Made by a program: the position numbers and the translations under genes. From Mycoplasmatota bacterium (GTDB lineage: Bacteria > Bacillota_I > Bacilli_A > MAG-NZ), in assembly GCA_018394315.1 (NCBI GenBank), contig CP074575.1, positions 186,001-250,000 of the forward strand: 64,000 bases of DNA. Direction: 5' to 3'. The notes beneath the pieces were generated by a model. It saw only the letters and a program-made list of their open reading frames with translations. It was not told the DNA's origin and did no database searches. Positions 31,391 through 42,504 of this stretch are shown piece after piece. The first letter of the stretch is position 1. Each line of letters starts with the position of its first letter.

Positions 31391-32629
31391 TTACTTATAT
31401 TTGAGTGCCTCTATTAACTCCATGTTTGTCTTTGTATTTTTTATAAATTCAATGTACTGCTCGGTGTGTGATGTATTACTTATTGTTTTTCTTACGTTAT
31501 ACATCATATTTATTTCTGCTTCATTAAGTAATAATTCTTCTTTTCTAGTACCACTTTTTAAAATATCTACAGCAGGATATATACGCCTTTGTGCTAATCG
31601 TCTATCTAAATGTAATTCCGAATTACCAGTACCCTTAAATTCTTCATATATGACATCATCCATTTTTGATCCAGTTTCAACTAATGCAGTTGCAATAATT
31701 GTAATGCTTCCACCCTCTTCAATATTTCTAGCTGCACCAAAGAATTGTTTTGGCTTATATAATGATTTCGGATCTAACCCCCCCGATAAAACCTTTCCGC
31801 TAGATGGCACAGATAAATTGTATGCGCGTGAAAGCCTAGTAATACTGTCCATCAAAATAATAACATCTTTTTTATGCTCAGCTAAACGCATCGCGCGCTC
31901 TAGAACTAATTCAGATATTTTAATATGATTGGATGGTAGTTTATCAAATGTTGAGTAAACAACTTCTGCATCTACTTCACGTTCAAAATCAGTTACTTCT
32001 TCAGGTCTTTCATCAATAAGTAATATTATTAATTCAACATCCTTATGATTCTTTTTAATGCTATTCGCAATGGTTTTTAGAAGTGAAGTCTTCCCTGCTT
32101 TTGGTGGTGCAACAATTAATCCACGTTGTCCAAATCCAATCGGAGCAACTAAATCAATCAAGCGAGATGCAATATTTTTACTATCATGTTCTAATACTAT
32201 TTTTTCATTCGGATAAATTGGCGTTAGCGCGGGAAAATGTACACGCTCTTTCGCAGTTTCAGGATCCATTCCATTTACTGCTTCAATTCTTAAAAGTCCA
32301 TAAAACTTTTCATTTGCTTGAGGTGGTCTTACACGGCCAGTTACTTTATCTCCATTTCTTAACCCAAAGCGTCTAATTTGACTTTGCGAAATGTAAATAT
32401 CTTCACTACTTGATGAATAATTAATTGGTCTTAAAAACCCAAACTCACCTTGGTTAAGAACTTCTAGAATCCCTTCCATAAAAAATAAGTTATCGCTTTC
32501 TGCTCTAGCTTTTAAGATAGCAAAAATTAATTCCTTCTTATTCAATTTACTATAATTTTTAATATTATTCTCTACTGCTAATTGATATAATTCTTTTAAT
32601 TGACAGTTTTGCAGTTCACTTATTGACAT
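31391..32629 (-). CDS. rho: Transcription termination factor Rho
   Basis: FGFLR, DIYISQSQIRRF, PIGFGQRGLIVAPPKAGKT, LLIDERPEEVTD, DSITRLSRAYN, EEFKGTGNSE. Confidence 0.98.
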   Translation of the reverse strand: MSISELQNCQLKELYQLAVENNIKNYSKLNKKELIFAILKARAESDNLFFMEGILEVLNQGEFGFLRPINYSSSSEDIYISQSQIRRFGLRNGDKVTGRVRPPQANEKFYGLLRIEAVNGMDPETAKERVHFPALTPIYPNEKIVLEHDSKNIASRLIDLVAPIGFGQRGLIVAPPKAGKTSLLKTIANSIKKNHKDVELIILLIDERPEEVTDFEREVDAEVVYSTFDKLPSNHIKISELVLERAMRLAEHKKDVIILMDSITRLSRAYNLSVPSSGKVLSGGLDPKSLYKPKQFFGAARNIEEGGSITIIATALVETGSKMDDVIYEEFKGTGNSELHLDRRLAQRRIYPAVDILKSGTRKEELLLNEAEINMMYNVRKTISNTSHTEQYIEFIKNTKTNMELIEALKYK

Positions 32630-32882
32630 ATTCTTATCCTCTAATCTAATCTTATTTAACTAATTATATCATTAATTTATAAATGTACGATATTTTAATT
32701 AAGTTCTAAGTTCATATTTATATTCTTCTATAAAAACAAAATTATAAATAGTGGATTCTTTGATAGTGACAAACTTATATTACTCGACATTTTTCATTTT
32801 ATTTAGTCATATATTACACTCATTTTTTTAAGAAAATTTGCATATATATGATATAATTAGGCTACATTTTGGGGAGGTTATC

Positions 32883-33677
32883 ATGGATGTAGACAATATT
32901 GATTATCAAAGAATACATACCGAACTAGAGCAGAAGCAGACTCTAGAAATTCAGAAACAATTTATTTTAGAACGTAGAAAAAGAATGACTGTAATGGCAT
33001 CTCTTTTAGCAGTGTTAGTATTCACAGTAGTATACGGCACACTCCAAAATCCATTTGTATTTACACTCAGTAAAATCGGTAATCGTTTTAGTTTTGGAAA
33101 CAGAGCTCTTTTTATTACTTGGGCTTCATCTACTGGATTTGTCATTCAGCTATCGATTATTGCACTATTCAGTTTGGAGAAATATCAAAAGAAAAGAGAT
33201 TATACCTTTATTGGGATAGGCTCAATTTTCTTGTTTCTAACTGCAATTGCTCCATCATTAGAAGAATACCCATTTTGGACATGGATTCACCTATTAACTG
33301 CAGGTTTATTTGGGTTCTTTATCTCTATTGGCTTTTATCCCTTTATTATTTGGGTAGCTAGAGAAAACCCGAGATTACGAAAAATTGTATATGTTTGGGT
33401 TAGCATAATATGGGGTGGCTGCTTCTTATGGATGTTCCTATTAGGGAACACAGGTATATTTGAACTTTGGTTCTTCTTATCATTTATAATCTTCTTACTC
33501 TACTTATCACTTACATTATTCGAAGAAAAAATAGTTAAAACAAGTATTATTCTGCTAAAAGATGAGGAAAATTTAAATGTTGGAATTGAGAAGATATTTG
33601 TTAATTTAGAAAAGACAAGAAGAGTAAAGAAAAGAACTATAGAATCAGATGAAGAAAATGAAAAATTAGTGGTTTAA
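32883..33677 (+). CDS. Hypothetical integral membrane protein (about 6 TM helices)
   Basis: Hydrophobic helices; ATG 32883 after GGGGAGG; hairpin downstream at about 33685-33717. Confidence 0.75.
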   Translation: MDVDNIDYQRIHTELEQKQTLEIQKQFILERRKRMTVMASLLAVLVFTVVYGTLQNPFVFTLSKIGNRFSFGNRALFITWASSTGFVIQLSIIALFSLEKYQKKRDYTFIGIGSIFLFLTAIAPSLEEYPFWTWIHLLTAGLFGFFISIGFYPFIIWVARENPRLRKIVYVWVSIIWGGCFLWMFLLGNTGIFELWFFLSFIIFLLYLSLTLFEEKIVKTSIILLKDEENLNVGIEKIFVNLEKTRRVKKRTIESDEENEKLVV

Positions 33678-33906
33678 TTATTCCATAGCCCTTACAGTAT
33701 TCTGTATGGGTTTTTTTAATTAACCTTGTTATGTATAAATTCTTATCTTGATCATAACTGAACTCCAACTATTTTAGTAGATATTAGAGATTATGTAATC
33801 TATGTTTCTTTTATAGTGAATGAACTTAATCTAAAATTGCTTTATTAGATAACTCTTGGTATGATTTAGAAATAGGAATAATAAAAGAAGTCACAAGAGG
33901 GATAAA

Positions 33907-34851
33907 ATGATAAACGTAGTAGATAGTAATAAGCAGTATTTTTATTGTATTAATTATAAGGATAATCAAAAAGACCTTTGCGAGTTAGAAATGAAAGCCA
34001 TTTTTGGTTTTATACCAGATAACCAATTATTTGTAACTACTATTATAATAGATCCTTCTAGAAGTGTCTTCATTAAATACCGAATTGAAGTGAATTATCA
34101 AGAAAACTCACTAGAGTCATTAGAAAGTAAGGTCTTGTCTGATCAACTATATATGGATGACTATAAAATAATTTACTTAAAGAATGATTTTGACATTACA
34201 TATGAGGAAAGATTAAATGCAATGCGTAAAATAGGGTTTGCTATTGAAGGAAAATTCTCCTTAGCAAATCCCAAAGTTGAACTAGCGCTCACGAAAATTA
34301 ACGGAAGTTGGATTTTAGGTTATTACAAAAAGAATGATAACTCTTGGGTAAATAGAAAACAAAAACCACATAACTATTCATTTGCATTAGATGTATGGCT
34401 AGCCAAAGTCCTAATAAATATTGCGGTAGAGAATGACTTCACTAAAAAAATCGTTGACCCCTGTTGTGGTATTGGTACCGTCCTAATAGAAGGTTATTCA
34501 ATAGGTGCAAACATAAAAGGGTATGATATAAATCCCACTGTAGTTAATCAAACTAAGCAAAATCTAAAGTTCTTTGGATTCAATGCTAATGTTGAATGTA
34601 AAAATATTTCGGACATTGATAAATACTACGATGTTGCTATCATTGATTTACCTTATGGAAAGTTCATTAAATCTCATTCAAACAACAGGAATGATGTCAT
34701 AAAAATCTCTAGAAATATTAGTAAAAGAGTTATTTTTATATCTATGACTAATATTAATGAAATAGTCAGAAAATTTGGATTTTCTGTTACGAACACCTGT
34801 AAATTGGAAAAGAGAAGTAAATTTAGTAGATTCATTACATTATGCGAATAA
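33907..34851 (+). CDS. TRM11/UPF0020-like SAM-dependent RNA methyltransferase
   Basis: RKQKPHNYS, VDPCCGIGT, GYDIN, DLPYG. Confidence 0.82.
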   Translation: MINVVDSNKQYFYCINYKDNQKDLCELEMKAIFGFIPDNQLFVTTIIIDPSRSVFIKYRIEVNYQENSLESLESKVLSDQLYMDDYKIIYLKNDFDITYEERLNAMRKIGFAIEGKFSLANPKVELALTKINGSWILGYYKKNDNSWVNRKQKPHNYSFALDVWLAKVLINIAVENDFTKKIVDPCCGIGTVLIEGYSIGANIKGYDINPTVVNQTKQNLKFFGFNANVECKNISDIDKYYDVAIIDLPYGKFIKSHSNNRNDVIKISRNISKRVIFISMTNINEIVRKFGFSVTNTCKLEKRSKFSRFITLCE

Positions 34852-35010
34852 AATCTCTCTATAACTACTACCTAAGAGTAACTTGAGATAAAATCAATTT
34901 TCATAATCTAATTCATCAACACAATCAATCGATTTATTTATACAGTAGTAAAAATTTTTATTCATCATTTATTTCTTTGTTTTATATAATTAAATAGAAA
35001 GGAATATAAG

Positions 35011-35493
35011 ATGAATATAATTAAAAAGTTTTATAATAATTTAAGTTACTTAATCTTTTTGTTGATTTTGTGCTCCATCATTATTGATATCAGATTAGCT
35101 TCAATAGCCATTATTTGTATCGTGGGACCTATTATATATGCCTTTTCAACAAAAAAACATGGGCGGCGATGGTGTCGATATGCATGCCCAAGGGGAAATT
35201 TTTATAATGTTGTAGGTAATAATCTACGTAACAAAAGACAACTTCCTAAAATATTGAAAACTGTTATTATAAGAACGATTATTGTCCTTTTCTTGTTTTG
35301 CATGTTTGGTTTGGCAATCTATCATAACTATGATGACTTACAAGATTTTTCTTCTTCATTCTATCAGATTATCCTCTTAACAACATGGATAGGTTTAATA
35401 ATGGCACATGTATTCTATCCTAGAAGTTGGTGCGCAGTTTGTCCGGTAGGTAGCATTATTGATGCAATTGAATATAAGAAAAAAGATAATTAA
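35011..35493 (+). CDS. Membrane 4Fe-4S binding protein (Fer4_5 type)
   Basis: GRRWCRYACPRG and PRSWCAVCPVG motifs with TM helices. Confidence 0.85.
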   Translation: MNIIKKFYNNLSYLIFLLILCSIIIDIRLASIAIICIVGPIIYAFSTKKHGRRWCRYACPRGNFYNVVGNNLRNKRQLPKILKTVIIRTIIVLFLFCMFGLAIYHNYDDLQDFSSSFYQIILLTTWIGLIMAHVFYPRSWCAVCPVGSIIDAIEYKKKDN

Positions 35494-35598
35494 ACTCCTA
35501 CTATTTACAATAAGAATTGTTAATTAGTAACTATTCCGTAAGTTATAATAGGATCTGTTTATCGATTATCATATAGTATACGTAACTCAACAACAAAA

Positions 35599-36426
35599 CT
35601 AGAGTGCTGTTGAATTACTATTCTTTAAGATAAATCCTATTAACATACTGTTAAGTACATCTGGTTTCTCAAAAATTGTGACATGTCCACAACCAGGTAT
35701 TATTACATATTCTGAATCACTTATATTATCAGCAATAATCTTTGAAAACTTTACAGGTTTCAAGATATCATTTTCACCACAAACAACTAAAGCAGGACAC
35801 TTAATTTTAGAAAGCTCATCTGTCATATAAACATCATTTATAAAGGTATCATATAAATATCCTTGGCCTACAAAATATTCTCCTGGAACACGCTTAAGTT
35901 TTTCTACTCTTTCCTTTAGGATTTCAATATTATTCTCTATAAAGCTACTATCATATATAGTAGGAAGCATACCCCAATAAAATTTTTCAACATCTCTTTC
36001 CATGGCAAGAGTTTTCCAACCACTAACAAAATACTCTAGTACCGAATCTAACTCACTAACTGAATCAATTATAGATATACTTTTAGTAACTTCTGGATAT
36101 TCTATCGCAAATCTCATTGCTACTTCTCCACCATAAGAAGTTCCAATAATATGAACTTTTTTGATTTTTAAATGGTCCATCAAAGCCTTTGCTTCCTTTG
36201 CATGGTCTTTAAATGTATAGGGTCCTATCGGTTTATCAGACTTAAGTTGTCCTTTAAAATCGTGAAGTAACACTTTATATCCTAATTTTTCAAAAATTGG
36301 ATACTGATTAATCCAACTATTAGTCGATGCCATGACTCCATTAAAAAAGGCTATCACTTCATCTCCATCATTATTACCTTTCACTTCATAAAATAACTGT
36401 GATTCCTTGTACTCAAAATACGGCAT
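35599..36426 (-). CDS. Alpha/beta hydrolase
   Basis: HDFKGQ, GTSYGG nucleophile elbow, GENDIL, GCGH. Confidence 0.9.
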   Translation of the reverse strand: MPYFEYKESQLFYEVKGNNDGDEVIAFFNGVMASTNSWINQYPIFEKLGYKVLLHDFKGQLKSDKPIGPYTFKDHAKEAKALMDHLKIKKVHIIGTSYGGEVAMRFAIEYPEVTKSISIIDSVSELDSVLEYFVSGWKTLAMERDVEKFYWGMLPTIYDSSFIENNIEILKERVEKLKRVPGEYFVGQGYLYDTFINDVYMTDELSKIKCPALVVCGENDILKPVKFSKIIADNISDSEYVIIPGCGHVTIFEKPDVLNSMLIGFILKNSNSTAL

Positions 36427-36635
36427 TATAACCCCTCCTTTTTCTAACATGTAAATTATGAGATACTATTATAATTATAGCATACACCCTATAAATGTAA
36501 TAAACATCAAGATAATGAAGATTTTTTCTGTTTTTTTTAAAAAGAAAATAATTAGTAATAAAAAAACACCAACTTTTCTTGTTGATGTTTGAGAATATTT
36601 AAAGTGTAATTTAAGATAATTTACATTTACAATCA

Positions 36636-37349
36636 TCATTTTGTGAGAATCACTAAAAGTGAATTAGCACCATCATAGCCGTGTTCTTTGATATATTTTT
36701 TTATTTCTTCTGCTTCTTTTACGTATTCTTCTTTTTCAACATATTCAGGTATTCTTTCTATTAAACGATCAAGTACGCTATGTATCCAATCAAGTTCCTC
36801 TTTGGTATTTTCTTTTCTTCTAGGTACTTCTAGTACCCATGATTTATATAAACTTAAGTCTATACCATTTTTTAACCTTGTAATTATTTCATCTTTAGTA
36901 TACGTCTCATTATGCGAGTCACCTAGCAATCGATCTATTTTAGCAGCAAAGTGATGTAGTTTTAAATGAGATATTTGCATTGCGTCTAGGTTATTACTAA
37001 GCATTTCGTTTATAATGATATATCCACCCTTTTTTACTACACGCTTCATCTCATTTAGTACTTTAGGAATGTCAGCTAGATGATGTAAACTATTTGATAA
37101 ACATACTATGTCAAAGGAATTATTCTCATACTCCATTTGTTCGGCACTCATTTCTACAAATCGGATACGATTATCTTCATTCTTTTCATCTGCGTTTTTA
37201 ATTGTTTTGTGTATAATATCGATTCCAATCATTTTATCAAAGTTGTTATAAATACTCTTCAAAAACTGCATAAAGTCCCCTTGACCAGTACATACGTCTA
37301 AGAATAATTTTTTGTGAGATTCTTTTAAGAATTCTTTTAGCTTATCCAT
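36636..37349 (-). CDS. Class I SAM-dependent methyltransferase
   Basis: LDVCTGQG, GIDI, FDIVCLSNSLHH, MKRVVKKGG. Confidence 0.9.
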   Translation of the reverse strand: MDKLKEFLKESHKKLFLDVCTGQGDFMQFLKSIYNNFDKMIGIDIIHKTIKNADEKNEDNRIRFVEMSAEQMEYENNSFDIVCLSNSLHHLADIPKVLNEMKRVVKKGGYIIINEMLSNNLDAMQISHLKLHHFAAKIDRLLGDSHNETYTKDEIITRLKNGIDLSLYKSWVLEVPRRKENTKEELDWIHSVLDRLIERIPEYVEKEEYVKEAEEIKKYIKEHGYDGANSLLVILTK

Positions 37350-37852
37350 TTACAATCTCCTTCCCATTAGATCCTTTTTATTATATCACTAATAACATAG
37401 TAAATAAAATGAATAACTTCTTATTTAATTCTTCTAAGTTAAGATGGTTAACCGTATCGTTTTGATATTCTTATGGTTCTATTGAGAAAAATAGATCTAC
37501 CTTGAATAAATGTATATGTCCCATTCTCCTTTTAGGAATATCTTTTTCTTAAGAAAACATACCCCTATAGTTGCTTAGACCATATGGGTATGTTTGTAAT
37601 ATAAATATGATAAATCTTTTCATTAATTTTTAGTATAATTAAAAGAACTTTCCATGTAAATATCAAATACTAGCATAAATCAGTTAATCCAGACAAACTA
37701 TAATATCAATATGTGAATTTTAACAGTTCGTCTAATTAATTCTTTTAATTTTGTTATTAACAACAGATTTAATTTATGATATATATCTTTTATAACATTA
37801 AAATTAATAAATCATATAATATATCGAACATCACATGATATGGAGGAATCAA

Positions 37853-38341
37853 ATGAATAAATTTAACTCGTTTTATGGGGTAGTGACTGATATAACAAAC
37901 TTTAATTCAGGTATAGAAAATACAGAAGGTTGTTATAAATTTATATCTTTAAGTGGAGATAACGGAGATATTGTTAACTTCATAATGATCCCTTTAACAT
38001 TTTTAGTAGATTATGAGACTATTTCGATTGGTGATTTTGTAGAAGCATATTATGATGCTTTAGCTCCTACTGTTTTGATTTATCCACCTCAGTACTCTGC
38101 AATAGTTATGACAGAAATAAAACCAAATCGAAGAGTTAAAGTTGACTTCTTTGACCAAAACTTAGTCAGTAGTGATCGAGAACTTAAACTAAACATAGGT
38201 CCTAATACGAAAATAACACAAAAGAATGGTCAAAGGTTCACCGATGATTTAACAAATAGAAATTTAGTAGTAATCTATGGTCCTTCAACAAAAAGCATTC
38301 CTGCTCAAACTACACCATACGAAGTAATAGTTCTATGCTAA
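37853..38341 (+). CDS. Conserved hypothetical protein
   Basis: RBS GGAGG; two repeated modules ending IYPPQY and SIPAQTTP. Confidence 0.7.
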   Translation: MNKFNSFYGVVTDITNFNSGIENTEGCYKFISLSGDNGDIVNFIMIPLTFLVDYETISIGDFVEAYYDALAPTVLIYPPQYSAIVMTEIKPNRRVKVDFFDQNLVSSDRELKLNIGPNTKITQKNGQRFTDDLTNRNLVVIYGPSTKSIPAQTTPYEVIVLC

Positions 38342-38559
38342 TTAAAATAATTCCAATAAATAATGATGCAATTTAAAGAGTATACCACTTTATGAACATG
38401 TATTTCATCAAGTATCTACCTATATTATACGACTTACACGGAATGACTTGTTCTTTTTCCAAAAATAATTTTTCCTTTCTAATTATTCTCAATGTTATTA
38501 ATCTATGTTGTGCTCTAAAAAAAGCAATACTTGAAGATTCAATTTCAAGTATTGCTTTT

Positions 38560-39340
38560 TTATTTACTTTCTATACTAGCTAGAAGGGCGTCAACATATC
38601 TTGTGTATGAATATAGATCGTTAATAACAATTACTGCACTTCCTGGAGGGTTTAATATTTCGTCAGAATAATACAAATTCCCATATTTATTCATATAACC
38701 ATTTGTTATATCAGCATTATATATCTTTTCTTTTATTTCATATTCCACATTACCAGAAAACCCATTTACATCAAAAAAGAGTAATACATCATAATATCTT
38801 TCTAAATATTTCTCTATAAAAATAGTTTGTACAGTCACTATTTCGAATCTATCATATAATCTGAACTCAACAATTCTCTTACTCTCGCCATACTCGTCTT
38901 TAAACACAAAATTTTTTCTCCTTCAAGTCCCGGAATATCCGAATATTCTATCTCACCGTAAGAAACAAAAAAATCAATATAATCTTTTGTGAACTCAGAT
39001 AAAACATAAATATTCTCTGTCACTTCAGTACTATTCCCAGAATAATCAGTCGCCTCTACATTTATTTCATACGTTCCACAAGTGTTCATGTCTATGTTAT
39101 GAGTTATTTTTACATCGTTTACAGCTGACATACTATCAACATTATCAACTACTGTTACATAACTAAAGTAAACAGGTATCATCTCGCCTTTGATAATTAT
39201 CGTAGGAAAATAAACTTTAAATTCAATCTTAGGCTTTATAGTATCTACTTCCAAATTACTAGTTAATTGACTTTCATTTACCCCACATGCTGAAACAAAT
39301 ATTATTAATATAACTAATGAATAAATATATTTTTTTTCAT
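38560..39340 (-). pseudogene. Ig-like-domain lipoprotein disrupted at two homopolymer tracts
   Basis: RBS GGAG + ATG 39340 is out of frame with the signal peptide (lipobox VSAC) because of an A8 tract. A second shift at AAAAAATTTT (about 38908-38917) joins ORFs 38838-39362 and 38560-38907. Confidence 0.7.
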
Positions 39341-39586
39341 ACGATTCTCCTATAGAAAGCATTGTTCAAATTATATAATAATATATAAAATATCTCAAAT
39401 CACTTATGTAATCCATCACTTATAATTGTCGATAATTATAATAATTAACTTTAATGATCCAAAACTAGGTACCTCAATTACTGCAAAACAAAAATCAGAA
39501 GATTCAGTTTATCATCGAATTATCTGACTAATAACTTGTATATCTTCATATAGATGAACTCGTGATTAGGTAGAGGCACTTCACAG

Positions 39587-40549
39587 TTATAACAACTCTG
39601 GAGATATTTTAGTATTTACATAATTCATATACATAGCAGACAGTAAGTGCTGTACAAGAATAGCTAGTGAAATGATTAATGACGCCATCGAGTCGCTTGA
39701 GATGCTTAGTGCTATCACTAGCGCAATCTTTAGATTTCTGAGGACAACACTATAAACAAACGCAATACTATCACTTTTGCTAAGCAATCGCTTTCCAATA
39801 ATATGACACACAATTACTATACCTGTGTAAAAAATTAATAACGGCAGAAACAGTGAAAGGGTAAACTGTAAATCATTAAGGATAATTCGTGATTTAAGCG
39901 CCAACGTTATAAATATAACAGTGAACAATCCTAAAGAACTGATTAGGCTAAATGTCGACTTCAAATCATTTAAAAACTCCTCAGTTTTCACTCTGTTTAT
40001 CAAATAACGGACAACATTAGCAATGATTAAAGGCATGATTACACTCTTAAATAAAGAAGCAAAAATTAAGTTGTTGTCAACTCTAATAATTGTTCCCATA
40101 AATAGATTTAAGTAAATTGGAATTAACAGTATCGATATCAGCAGATTGATACTCATCATAAGGACTGCGCTCTTAACATTTCCATTTGCAAAACCGGTCC
40201 AAGACGCAGTCATTGCGCCGGATGAAATAAGACCAATCAGTAAAAACCCCATAAACAATTCAGGGTTCGAGTTAAAAAACAGCTTACCTAAAAAATTACT
40301 GTAAAGTGGAATAGCAATTACATTAATAAGAATTCCAATTACGACTGGGAATGGTCTTTTCAGAAGTTCAATAACATCTAAAAACTTGACGTTTAGGAAC
40401 ATCGGGAATACAATTATAAAAAGTGTGTACGGAATATATGATTTCAGTGGTGCTACATTGAAAAATTGACCAACGGATAAACCTACTATTGTAGAAAGAA
40501 AGACAAGTGGTATAAAATTTTTCTTAATAATATTGGACAATGACTTCAT
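39587..40549 (-). CDS. Acr3 / bile-acid:sodium symporter family transporter
   Basis: About 10 TM helices; IVFPMFL, SGAMTASWTGFANGN, LRNLKIAL. Confidence 0.8.
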   Translation of the reverse strand: MKSLSNIIKKNFIPLVFLSTIVGLSVGQFFNVAPLKSYIPYTLFIIVFPMFLNVKFLDVIELLKRPFPVVIGILINVIAIPLYSNFLGKLFFNSNPELFMGFLLIGLISSGAMTASWTGFANGNVKSAVLMMSINLLISILLIPIYLNLFMGTIIRVDNNLIFASLFKSVIMPLIIANVVRYLINRVKTEEFLNDLKSTFSLISSLGLFTVIFITLALKSRIILNDLQFTLSLFLPLLIFYTGIVIVCHIIGKRLLSKSDSIAFVYSVVLRNLKIALVIALSISSDSMASLIISLAILVQHLLSAMYMNYVNTKISPELL

Positions 40550-40590
40550 TTTATCCCCCTCTTGCCCCGTTAAGTAGCGGTAACAGGTGA

Positions 40591-40619
40591 ATTATAGAAT
40601 AAACAAAGTTATATGTCAA
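40591..40619 (-). promoter_or_regulatory. Consensus sigma-A promoter of the Acr3/BASS gene
   Basis: Minus strand TTGACA(40619-40614)-17-TATAAT(40596-40591). Confidence 0.75.
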
Positions 40620-40676
40620 TGAATTAGTAAAAAAGGTTTTCCAAAAACGATTATAGTAAAGTGGAGGGTAGCAAAT

Positions 40677-41411
40677 ATGAACAATGAAAAATTTTATAAC
40701 GAATTGATTACCAAATTCAAGGATATCGTCCAAGAAGAAAAACTGCTATATGAAGAGGTTACGATCACAGCTAAGTCGCTAACTGCAGTTGAAGCGATAG
40801 GAAACCCCAAAAAAAGAGACTTTCCTATTATCAAAGGTAAAGAGAAATTGATGCAAGCCGAATTCAAAGGCTCAAAAGGACAAGCATTTACTGATATGCC
40901 AGGCAATTACTTTGGAACAATACAGGAAATACTTAAAACTGAATTAAAGACAAATTTTGATAGAGCCGTGTTCATCGCAACTTTCAATGCTGTTTGTCGC
41001 CATCTAAACTTATGCGACAAGACAGTTCACTGCAAAGATAGAGAACCTGAGGACTGCGCATCTAAATTGATTAATTATATTAAAAAGGAATATGGTAATC
41101 CCAAAATCGCATTGATTGGACTACAACCTGCCTTGCTTGACAGTCTTTCTAAACATTTCATAGTAAGAGTACTGGACATGGCAGAAGACACTATCGGTCA
41201 AATCAAGTATGGTGTAGAAATTGAAGATGGTGAAAGCAAAACGGATGAAGTGCTCGCATGGTGTGATGTGATACTCGCAACAGGAAGTACTTTAGCCAAT
41301 GAAACGATTACGTTTTTCTTAGATAAAAAGCCTGTAATTTTTTATGGAACCACTGCTGCTGCTGCAGCATCATTAATGAATCTAGAGAGATTTTGTCCCT
41401 GCAGTCATTAG
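40677..41411 (+). CDS. DUF364 / Rossmann-like putative metal-chelation protein
   Basis: EAIGNP..DFPIIKGKEKLMQAEF.GS.GQAFTD, TVHCKDREPEDC, LIGLQP, ATGSTLAN, YGTT, RFCP. Confidence 0.8.
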   Translation: MNNEKFYNELITKFKDIVQEEKLLYEEVTITAKSLTAVEAIGNPKKRDFPIIKGKEKLMQAEFKGSKGQAFTDMPGNYFGTIQEILKTELKTNFDRAVFIATFNAVCRHLNLCDKTVHCKDREPEDCASKLINYIKKEYGNPKIALIGLQPALLDSLSKHFIVRVLDMAEDTIGQIKYGVEIEDGESKTDEVLAWCDVILATGSTLANETITFFLDKKPVIFYGTTAAAAASLMNLERFCPCSH

Positions 41412-41414
41412 TAT

Positions 41415-41572
41415 ATTCCTACTCATAGTAAATTAGGATAACATCTTTATTAGAACGTTTCCTGTTAATGAATAGGTACCCATTACGTCTACAGAACCTT
41501 GAAGTAAATCATTGCCTCTAATTATAAATCTGCATCACTTCTACCTCTTTCACCGATGTTAATATAATAATT
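41415..41572 (-). pseudogene. grdD: Decayed internal fragment of grdD (reductase component C, alpha subunit)
   Basis: Minus-strand translation YYINIGERGRSD[frameshift]IRGNDLLQGSVDVMGTYSLTGNVLIKMLS*FT matches the GrdD segment I recall as GYDINF.ES.R.DGG..MRGNDLL.G..DVMV.DSLTGN.LMKMFS.FT. Confidence 0.75.
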
Positions 41573-41590
41573 CGGAATTATATTTAGTTT

Positions 41591-41615
41591 AAAAAAGACT
41601 CAACCTGAGTCTTTT
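41591..41615 (-). terminator. Terminator after grdA
   Basis: AAAAGACTCA-acc-TGAGTCTTTT. Confidence 0.8.
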
Positions 41616-41639
41616 GATTTTATATTATAAACTTAGAAA

Positions 41640-42119
41640 TTATTTGTTATATTTAGAATTTTCTTCACGGATTGTAGTAATTTCATCAACGATATCGTCT
41701 ACATCTAATACCATTTCCATCATACCGATTTGGTCTTCGTAAACTTGTGGGTCAACTGCTTCTTTAAATGTAGGTTCAACTGCATGGTAAACACCTAGTC
41801 CTAATTCAACATTAGTTAAACTACCAGCATAAGTTGGGTCCCCAACAGTTACAGTCTCAGCGGCTAATCCAGTCAATTCACCTTCAGCAGCTCCGAATAC
41901 TACTATTAAATCTTCAGCTCCGTGTTCTTCTGTTAATGCTTTAATTCTACTTTGATTTTCTAAGTCCATTGCACCCGCAGCCGTTCAGACAAAACATTCA
42001 GTTGCTGCGAATACTACCTCACTTCCTGGAATTGTGTTAACAACTTCCTTTAATGACTCACCAGGTACACCATCACGGTCACCGATAAGAATATACTTCT
42101 TGTTTTCAAAAATACTCAT
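41640..42119 (-). CDS. grdA: Glycine/sarcosine/betaine reductase selenoprotein A (159 aa, Sec at codon 45)
   Basis: [20 protein letters not shown]...ATECFV-TGA(41987-41985)[11 protein letters not shown]; CxxU motif. The ORF track shows only the part after the UGA. Confidence 0.96.
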
Positions 42120-42173
42120 AAAGTCCTCCTTACATTAGTAAACTCTTTTAAGGGTTTAATTATATATTCAATT

Positions 42174-42488
42174 TTATAAATGCCTTTTAATCATTTCCTC
42201 AATGCTTTCTTTATTTGCATTCTCCTTTGTTACTTCATCTAATTTTTCTCCATCCTTATATAAAGAGATATTAGGTAGTCCCATTACTTTTTGTTTTATA
42301 GCTAATCGTCTAGCGCTTGCAGTATTTAGTTTACAGAACTTAACATCTGTATAAACTGACTCTAATTCTTCAACATCTGGCATCAATGCTTTACATGGTT
42401 CACAACCATCACTCCAATAATCAACTAGAACTAATCCTTTAGCTTCAAAAACTTCTTTATCAAAATTATCCTTGTCTAGTACGAACAT
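42174..42488 (-). CDS. trxA: Thioredoxin (Grd-associated type)
   Basis: [24 protein letters not shown]. Confidence 0.92.
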   Translation of the reverse strand: MFVLDKDNFDKEVFEAKGLVLVDYWSDGCEPCKALMPDVEELESVYTDVKFCKLNTASARRLAIKQKVMGLPNISLYKDGEKLDEVTKENANKESIEEMIKRHL

Positions 42489-42504
42489 ATCTGTTCTCCT
42501 TTAC

